Below, piece after piece: positions 57,644 to 64,000 of a DNA stretch of 64,000 bases. The notes beneath the pieces are model-generated. The model was not told the DNA's origin and searched no databases. It saw only the letters and a list, made by a program, of their open reading frames with translations. A program made the position numbers and the translations under genes. The stretch is from the IMG/VR virus record IMGVR_UViG_3300026549_001031, one strand, 5' to 3'. The stretch is from a virus. Lineage: Duplodnaviria > Heunggongvirae > Uroviricota > Caudoviricetes. The first letter of the stretch is position 1; each line of letters opens with the position of its first letter.

Positions 57644-57672
57644 TTGAAATTTTCAATTTTATCTGATATAAT
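57644..57672 (+). promoter_or_regulatory. conserved promoter class
   Basis: TTGAAATTTTCAATTTTATCTGATATAAT. Confidence 0.7.
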
Positions 57673-57716
57673 AAAGATAGTTAAAGAAATGAAATAAAGA
57701 TTGAGAGGTACAAAAA

Positions 57717-58382
57717 ATGGGAAATGAAGTAAACTTAACCAATGAAGAAATGAGCGCTATGTTAGTAAGTCAGATGCTTATGAAAAGCCAGTCAGGTGCA
57801 TCAGAAGAGACATCTGCAGAGCAGGAGAGACAAGCAGAGATCGATGATATGATGGCAGCTCTTGATGGTTTAACTATTGAGGACCTGGCAGAAAAGAAGA
57901 AAACTAAAAAGGGTGGCAGACGTAAGAAAAAAGCAGAGACACCTAAGGCAAGCATATATATTCCTGAGATGCCTGAATTTGCATCTTTAAACAGAGATGT
58001 AAAAATGAATGTTACGTTTAAACAGTATGACATCCCTTACAAGGAACAGCTGTGGGGCATTGATTCAAGAATGGTGACTTATATGTTAGAGGTTGTGAAA
58101 ATGCCTAAGGTGGCAAAAGACATTTCTGATATTATGAATCACAATTCAGCATATGAAAGAGCATTAGCCGCGGAAGGAGCTGTTCGGTATATCAAGGTTG
58201 TTACATATGAAGTTGTTCCTTACAGAGCAAGAGAGCTTGCATTTGTAAGAGTTGCATCTAATCCTCAGGGTAAGTTAACAACTAAGACATATGTAAACAA
58301 GAATGTGCTCAAGGAAAACAATGTAGACGTTGATCTGTTTGAAAAGAGACTTAAGAAAGCGGTCAAACAGTTACAGAACTAA
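57717..58382 (+). CDS. hypothetical protein
   Basis: GAGGT RBS; own promoter and terminator. Confidence 0.75.
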   Translation: MGNEVNLTNEEMSAMLVSQMLMKSQSGASEETSAEQERQAEIDDMMAALDGLTIEDLAEKKKTKKGGRRKKKAETPKASIYIPEMPEFASLNRDVKMNVTFKQYDIPYKEQLWGIDSRMVTYMLEVVKMPKVAKDISDIMNHNSAYERALAAEGAVRYIKVVTYEVVPYRARELAFVRVASNPQGKLTTKTYVNKNVLKENNVDVDLFEKRLKKAVKQLQN

Positions 58383-58467
58383 ACAATAGGACAGTTTTAA
58401 GAATAAAGGCGCTGGGTGTGTTTACAACAGCGCCTTTATGTGTATTTAATCTAGGAGATTTTTAGGA

Positions 58468-59037
58468 ATGGACACTGGTGAAAAGAAAAGCAAACATGGA
58501 GGAATGAGGGTAGTTACACTTGTAATTATAGTTGTATCCCTGGTATTGTTTGTTCAAGCTTTTAAGAATGGGCTGGGGCTTAGCTCTTCACAGAAGGGCA
58601 TTAGGGAGTATAATAGCATAGATGGTTTATTAAGTGACAATGATTGGATAGGATATATACCTGACATTGTAAAGAATGACACTAATTTGAAAATTAAAGT
58701 GACCATGGGTCAGTTTGTAGAGATAGATGGTGATAACATTGTATTTAAGGCAGGACCATATGTAACAAAGAAGTCAGACATACTTGCACTATATGAAAAC
58801 AGTGAGTTTGATAAAGGTGCAAAGGTTAAAAATAAGGATTACATTGATTCAATTAGATTAAGAACAGGGTATAAAAAATTGGAGCATTGTAGTATTATTA
58901 ACTGGTACAATAATAATTATCAGTTTGGGCTTATAGTAAGTGGAAGTAAGACACCTAGTGAAATGATTAGGTTGCTTGGTTTAGAGAAAAGTGACTTAGA
59001 GTTAAAAAGTACTAAACCTGTAAAAGAAAAGAAATAG
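58468..59037 (+). CDS. membrane-anchored hypothetical protein
   Basis: N-terminal TM segment VVTLVIIVVSLVLFV. Confidence 0.7.
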   Translation: MDTGEKKSKHGGMRVVTLVIIVVSLVLFVQAFKNGLGLSSSQKGIREYNSIDGLLSDNDWIGYIPDIVKNDTNLKIKVTMGQFVEIDGDNIVFKAGPYVTKKSDILALYENSEFDKGAKVKNKDYIDSIRLRTGYKKLEHCSIINWYNNNYQFGLIVSGSKTPSEMIRLLGLEKSDLELKSTKPVKEKK

Positions 59038-59069
59038 GACAGTTAAAATAAGAGAGGACAGTTAAAAGT

Positions 59070-60218
59070 ATGGTAAGTGCATTAGCAGATAATATGGACA
59101 TGTTACATATGTTATATGACAGTGTCGAAGTTATGCAAGGCGGATATATAAGAGTTAAGGAACAAAATACAGTAAAGATACTTGATGAAAATTGTGAAGT
59201 GTTGCTTTCTTGTGATGAGGGAGACCTCTTGGATTTTAGAGGGGGATATGCACTGGTAAGAAAAGGTAATACAGTAGAGTTAAAATGGGGTGATGCATCG
59301 AAGATACTGGATATCGAGCACTGGGATACAGTTAGGAATTTAAGAATTTTGGATAAAAACATATTATTCGAGTGTAGAATACACTGGAGAGATTGGATTT
59401 ACATTACAGATAGACAAGGCAACATCGTGCGTAGATTAAAAGGGGTACACTTGCAACAAGAAGTAGTGCATGATGGTTTAGGATCTAGGGTATATGATGA
59501 TTTTGATTATCATGTAAGAGTATGTGAGGGTACAAGGAATAGCAAGATTTATTTTGATACTTACCAAGCTACTGAATGTAATAACATGATAGGCGAAATA
59601 GATGTGCATACAGGAAAAGTAATATGCTATGGTAGGTTTAAGGGTTCAGGTTTTGAGACAATCGCAACAAGAATTTTAACCGAGAATGAAGATAGGTACA
59701 TGTTTAATTATAATACCCATACAAGCGCTCATTGTATGTATGCATTGGCAAAAGGAGATGAAGTCATTAGTAAAGAGTATATGGACATTGCACAACCTTT
59801 GGGGTTAAAAGGTACACCTTATTTAATGACATATACAAATACACCGATCTTTGGGTTAAGACAGGGTATCATTGATCATAATGGTAATGAGCTTATTGAG
59901 GCTAAATATGACAGTATAAAATATATTGGGGATCAGTGTTTTTTATTGGAGTATACAGATCCTGGTAAAGGGATGAGCATTAGGCTTGAGTATCCTAAGT
60001 ACAAAATGATATTTAGTTTAGTATCTGGGGCACTTACACCTTGGGTACATGATATTCAGGAATTAAGGACGGACATATATTTAGTGACAATGATAGATGG
60101 AGAGTACAAGGTGTTTAGTTTAAGAGATAAGAAGTTAATTGACTATACATATGAGGAATTAAGTAAGAATCTAAATACAAATGAGCTCAACTTTATATTA
60201 AAGCTGGCAAGGCATTAA
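59070..60218 (+). CDS. WG-repeat-like protein
   Basis: QGIIDHNGNELIEAKYDSI. Confidence 0.55.
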   Translation: MVSALADNMDMLHMLYDSVEVMQGGYIRVKEQNTVKILDENCEVLLSCDEGDLLDFRGGYALVRKGNTVELKWGDASKILDIEHWDTVRNLRILDKNILFECRIHWRDWIYITDRQGNIVRRLKGVHLQQEVVHDGLGSRVYDDFDYHVRVCEGTRNSKIYFDTYQATECNNMIGEIDVHTGKVICYGRFKGSGFETIATRILTENEDRYMFNYNTHTSAHCMYALAKGDEVISKEYMDIAQPLGLKGTPYLMTYTNTPIFGLRQGIIDHNGNELIEAKYDSIKYIGDQCFLLEYTDPGKGMSIRLEYPKYKMIFSLVSGALTPWVHDIQELRTDIYLVTMIDGEYKVFSLRDKKLIDYTYEELSKNLNTNELNFILKLARH

Positions 60219-60411
60219 ACTTTTGAATTTTCACATTTTTCAGACTTGTGTTGCAGAAAACTGACATAATGAAATAATAGAAACAGCATTTATAGTAAAG
60301 TGTGATTAGCATTACAAAAAATAGATGGACATGTCTATTGACATTGGTTGCAATATATTACATATTTATTTTATTTTTAGTTTTTATTATTTTATTTTAG
60401 GAGAGATTATT

Positions 60412-60861
60412 ATGATTACATTGAAAGAACAGTTTGAGCAGATGATTTATGAGAGAGCAAGTGAAATGAATGGATGTGACACTGAGGAGGAACTTAATAT
60501 GGAGATTTCTAAACTTATAACTAAAGATAAATTAAGTAATGCAGTGATTGTTGATAGTAGAACAGTAAGAGGATACATTGTTGCCGATAGGAATAGACAA
60601 AGACATTTGCATAAAAGTAAGAAGTCATTGGAGAGTGTGGGATCTAGCACTGAACAAGCTTGGGTATACAGAGATGAATCAGAGAATGATTGGATTTTTA
60701 AGAAATATGAGAGTATAAAGGATGCAGTTAGAGCAGCATTGACAGAAATAAATTCAACAGTGATATGTAATGGTAATGTCATTGATTTTGACAGAATTGA
60801 TGATTACAGAGCATATTATATTGATCACAACACAAGAGAAAGAAAAGAGTTTATCATATAG
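60412..60861 (+). CDS. hypothetical protein
   Basis: AGGAG RBS. Confidence 0.65.
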   Translation: MITLKEQFEQMIYERASEMNGCDTEEELNMEISKLITKDKLSNAVIVDSRTVRGYIVADRNRQRHLHKSKKSLESVGSSTEQAWVYRDESENDWIFKKYESIKDAVRAALTEINSTVICNGNVIDFDRIDDYRAYYIDHNTRERKEFII

Positions 60862-60870
60862 AAAAAGAGG

Positions 60871-61269
60871 TTGAACATGGCAAAATTAAGTGATACAGGT
60901 ATAAAAATACAGAATGAAAAGGTGTACAGTTCTTATTATGGAAAAGCATGTAAAATATACCCTGACTATAGATTAGTTGCAGTATCAATGAATATGCCTG
61001 ACAATTTCAAAGGAGAGGTACTTAGATGTCTTGCACCTAGCAAGAATCTTGTTTATGGATACAAGTATTATACTATGTCCGAACAGAAATACACAGAGGC
61101 CTACAGAAGAGAAATACTTGATAAACTTGATGTAAGAGAAATATACAATAAATTAAAGGGTAAAATCATATTATGTTATTGTGGACCTGGTCAATTTTGT
61201 CATAGGCATTTGATAATGAACTGGTTAACAGAGCAGCTGGGTGAGCAATACATTGGTGGAGAGATTTAG
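60871..61269 (+). CDS. DUF488-like protein
   Basis: LAPS, Y..EIL, ILCYC...FCHRHLI. Confidence 0.7.
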   Translation: MNMAKLSDTGIKIQNEKVYSSYYGKACKIYPDYRLVAVSMNMPDNFKGEVLRCLAPSKNLVYGYKYYTMSEQKYTEAYRREILDKLDVREIYNKLKGKIILCYCGPGQFCHRHLIMNWLTEQLGEQYIGGEI

Positions 61270-61280
61270 AGGCAGTAGAG

Positions 61281-61919
61281 ATGAAATTTAGACAACATTT
61301 TCAAATAGGACAGGCAATATATGAAAAGCTTAACACTGAACAGGAGCATAAGATAAACAAGATAGCTTATCTATTTGGAAATGTTGCTCCTGATTTCAAC
61401 TGTGTGTATCCTGCACATAGGGTCACAACTACAAAGAGAGCATACAAGAGGCACTTAAGAAGAATAGAAAGAACAAAGAGTAAAATTGTAAGATCATTTA
61501 CACTAGGAATGATTACACATTATACTTGTGACTACTTCTGTTATGCACATAACAACGAATCACTTGGTGCAAGGCATAAAAAGTATGAGACAGGGTTATT
61601 TAGACACTTTACAAGTGAAGAAAAAGACTTTGATATACAGAAAGAAGTGTTTGACATTTGGAAAACGGTAGATGACCAGAATTGTAAATATGAGACATTA
61701 TTTGAAAAAGTAGAGGCTTTGAATAAGGAATACAGGTCAAAGCATAATGTAAATAGAGACACTGGTTGGGAGTATAGACATGATCAAATGGTTGTGGACA
61801 CAGAGTATTCTATGTTTGTTGCATTTAAGGTAGTAAGTAAGCTACTTTGCAGTGATAGCATAGTATTAAAAAATTTGAATTTTTCCAAGGGTGTATACAT
61901 TGGAGAAAAATTAGTCTGA
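61281..61919 (+). CDS. zinc-dependent phospholipase C family protein
   Basis: H, GNVAPD, HYTCDYFCYAH, HKKYE. Confidence 0.8.
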   Translation: MKFRQHFQIGQAIYEKLNTEQEHKINKIAYLFGNVAPDFNCVYPAHRVTTTKRAYKRHLRRIERTKSKIVRSFTLGMITHYTCDYFCYAHNNESLGARHKKYETGLFRHFTSEEKDFDIQKEVFDIWKTVDDQNCKYETLFEKVEALNKEYRSKHNVNRDTGWEYRHDQMVVDTEYSMFVAFKVVSKLLCSDSIVLKNLNFSKGVYIGEKLV

Positions 61920-62160
61920 CAGTTCAGATGGCATTTGGTAAAATCACAGACATTTTTAGTAATAAAAATTAGGTGTGATAAAATTAAGGTAAAGAAAGAG
62001 GTTTTTAAGTGTCTGCTGAATGGAGTAAACAGGCATTAGTAAATAAAGGATATACTTGTGAATTTGGAAATAAGCACTGTAAATGGTATATGCAGTTGGA
62101 AAGATTGAGTATACTCTGGTGTTTATAATATAAAATATGAAAATTGGAGGTTACAGTAAA

Positions 62161-62520
62161 ATGAGAGTACTAACACTTGAGTCTATCATTAGACTTGTAC
62201 AGGACAGAGTAGGGGCATCAGTGAAGGTAGTTCGTGGAGAGGCACCTGGTACAGATTATAAGTTCATTGCAATTGTTGATGAGGCTTATACAGGAAAAGT
62301 GTCAGCTCATGTGGACGAAGAAGGAGACATTGAGTATGATGATAATTGTGCAGATGATGAGGTTTATTGCATCTTAGATGAAGATGATCTTCAGGAGATT
62401 GACTCTGATGCACCTTATATTCTTGTAGATGAAAATGAGTTTGATGATACAGCTTCATTCGAGATTGATGGCAGCTTTGTAGAATATGAGGACTATGAAG
62501 AGTACATTACAGAGCAGTAA
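62161..62520 (+). CDS. highly acidic hypothetical protein
   Basis: D/E-rich C-terminal two thirds; GGAGG RBS. Confidence 0.7.
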   Translation: MRVLTLESIIRLVQDRVGASVKVVRGEAPGTDYKFIAIVDEAYTGKVSAHVDEEGDIEYDDNCADDEVYCILDEDDLQEIDSDAPYILVDENEFDDTASFEIDGSFVEYEDYEEYITEQ

Positions 62521-62562
62521 TGTTTGTGTTTGGACAGATTAAAATATAGGAGGATAATTAAA

Positions 62563-62982
62563 ATGGAACAGAAATTAAGAGCATTGATTAAAGAGGCTAT
62601 GCTTGAGAAAAACAAGAACAAGCAGGTAACTTACAAAAATATCCTTGAGACAGCACAAAAGACAGCTAAAAAGCAGGGTGCAAATGTAAAAGTTACAGAT
62701 GAAATGATTGTTAATGCAGCTAAAAGTGAGATTAAGCAGTTAAATGACTTGATTGTTTTTTGCAAGAATGATGCTGAAAGACTTGCAGTTGCAAAACAGA
62801 ACATTGAATACTGTGAGGCAATACTTCCTAAGATGGTAAGTGAGCAGGAGATTATTGATTATCTTACAGCTGAAAATGTAGAAAAGAACATGGGAAAATG
62901 TATGAAGGCACTGAAAAGTAAATTTGGTGCAAATCTTGATGGTAGAATGGCATCAGGAGTTGTAAAGAAATACATTGGATAA
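62563..62982 (+). CDS. GatB/YqeY domain protein
   Basis: IKEAML.K, LPKMVSEQEI, NMGKCMKALK...LDGRMASGVVK. Confidence 0.85.
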   Translation: MEQKLRALIKEAMLEKNKNKQVTYKNILETAQKTAKKQGANVKVTDEMIVNAAKSEIKQLNDLIVFCKNDAERLAVAKQNIEYCEAILPKMVSEQEIIDYLTAENVEKNMGKCMKALKSKFGANLDGRMASGVVKKYIG

Positions 62983-63106
62983 AAGTAAGACAAGTAATGA
63001 TAGTTTGGAGAGAATCACTAAGAAACAAAGAGGTTAGACATACCTTAGTGATTCTCTCTTCTGTTGTATGTAGGGAGGACATTTTAAAACGTTAACAGTA
63101 AAGAAT

Positions 63107-63319
63107 ATGGATCCAGGATACATATTAGCAGAATTGTTTGGCAGAAAGTTTGTGGTTCAATTACCTATAGGAGTATTAAGAATACATGAGCTAAAAGAGG
63201 TAAGTGATGAGGGTTTTATAACTGCTATCTGTGAGATGAAAACAGGTGGACAGTATATAAGATATATTGACTTAACAGGAATAGTAAATACAATTAGAAT
63301 GGAAGCAGGCATATGTTAA
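63107..63319 (+). CDS. hypothetical protein
   Basis: ORF track. Confidence 0.5.
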   Translation: MDPGYILAELFGRKFVVQLPIGVLRIHELKEVSDEGFITAICEMKTGGQYIRYIDLTGIVNTIRMEAGIC

Positions 63320-64000
63320 AAGTACTGGACAGTAAAAATAAAATAATGAGACTTGTAGGGATTGATAAGAATGAGTTGGACTTGGATAAGACATTTGATT
63401 GCGGACAGGCATTCAGATGGCACAAGGAGGACTCAGGGGAGTGGGTAGGATTCATTGGAGACGGACTTGTGGTTTTAGGGCAAGGACAGTTTAAGGATAC
63501 AGGAGAGCATGGGTTAATTACAAACCTTACATCAGATAAAGAATTAGAACAGTTGGAAAATTATCTGGACTTGAGGATGAATTACTGTGACACAGTAGAT
63601 AAATTGGAGTTGGACAAGGTAGATGAGTTTGCATACAGTTGTTATATGAGAGGCAAGGGCATTCATATTTTAAGACAAGACCTTTTTGAAGTGATAGTCA
63701 CATTTCTAATGTCACAGTGTAATACAATGAGAAACATTAGAAACATAGTCAATACATTAAGTAAGAATTATGGAAAATATTCAGAAACAGAGTTTATGGG
63801 AAAGAGATACAGTGGGTACTCATTCCCTAGCTTAGAGAGGTTAAAGGATTGCACAGTAGAAGACTTTGAAACATGTAAAATGGGATTCAGAGCAGGGTAT
63901 TTATATAACTTCATACAGAAATGTTTGGAGGACAGTGAGTGGATAGATAAACTCAAGAGTGAAAATTATGAGACAGCAAAATTGGACTTGTTAGAAATTT
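63313..64000 (+). CDS. 8-oxoguanine DNA glycosylase (OGG1-type), runs off the window
   Basis: LDKTFDCGQAFRW, GIHILRQDLFE, FLMSQCNTMRNI, YSFPSL, KMGFRAGY; no stop before 64000. Confidence 0.88.
   Translation, partial: MLKVLDSKNKIMRLVGIDKNELDLDKTFDCGQAFRWHKEDSGEWVGFIGDGLVVLGQGQFKDTGEHGLITNLTSDKELEQLENYLDLRMNYCDTVDKLELDKVDEFAYSCYMRGKGIHILRQDLFEVIVTFLMSQCNTMRNIRNIVNTLSKNYGKYSETEFMGKRYSGYSFPSLERLKDCTVEDFETCKMGFRAGYLYNFIQKCLEDSEWIDKLKSENYETAKLDLLEI

Noticed and set aside
1-64000. Most minus-strand ORFs in the track
   Set aside because: Antisense to well-supported + strand genes, lacking RBS and recognisable motifs (SASP excepted)
1-64000. CRISPR array or stop-codon recoding
   Set aside because: No regularly spaced repeat-spacer run; known genes are full length in code 11 and end in TAA, TAG or TGA; no suppressor tRNA seen

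Overview
AT-rich, almost entirely + strand, densely coding segment of what is most likely a large (jumbo-type) phage genome infecting a spore-forming Firmicute (Clostridia/Lachnospiraceae-like). Evidence: sigma-A promoters, AGGAGG RBSs, a SASP gene, CheY, two tRNA clusters, and many short hypothetical ORFs. No virion genes lie in this window, so the phage call is inferred. The window carries about 16 canonical or near-canonical tRNA genes (none encoding CCA), several non-canonical tRNA-like RNAs, an RNA end-healing/repair toolkit (CCA-adding enzyme, intein-containing RtcB, cyclic-phosphate receiver, Pol-beta nucleotidyltransferase, metallophosphoesterase), NAD+ salvage genes (nrtR, pncA, pncB, Nudix, nadD), a degenerate McrBC, ClpXP, ThyX-like protein, LigA, a HipA-like kinase, PBP1A and an OGG glycosylase. 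The most striking observation is a DUF2828-type (TROVE/Ro60-like + vWA) gene surrounded by a family of four non-coding RNAs that share a helix followed by TACAGCAAT. Two lie in its 5' leader. One lies just downstream as a complete tRNA body whose anticodon loop is replaced by the motif (a circularly permuted YrlA-like topology). One lies in the tRNA cluster and displays a perfect tRNA-Lys(UUU) anticodon stem-loop. All family and structure calls were made by eye, without database searches.
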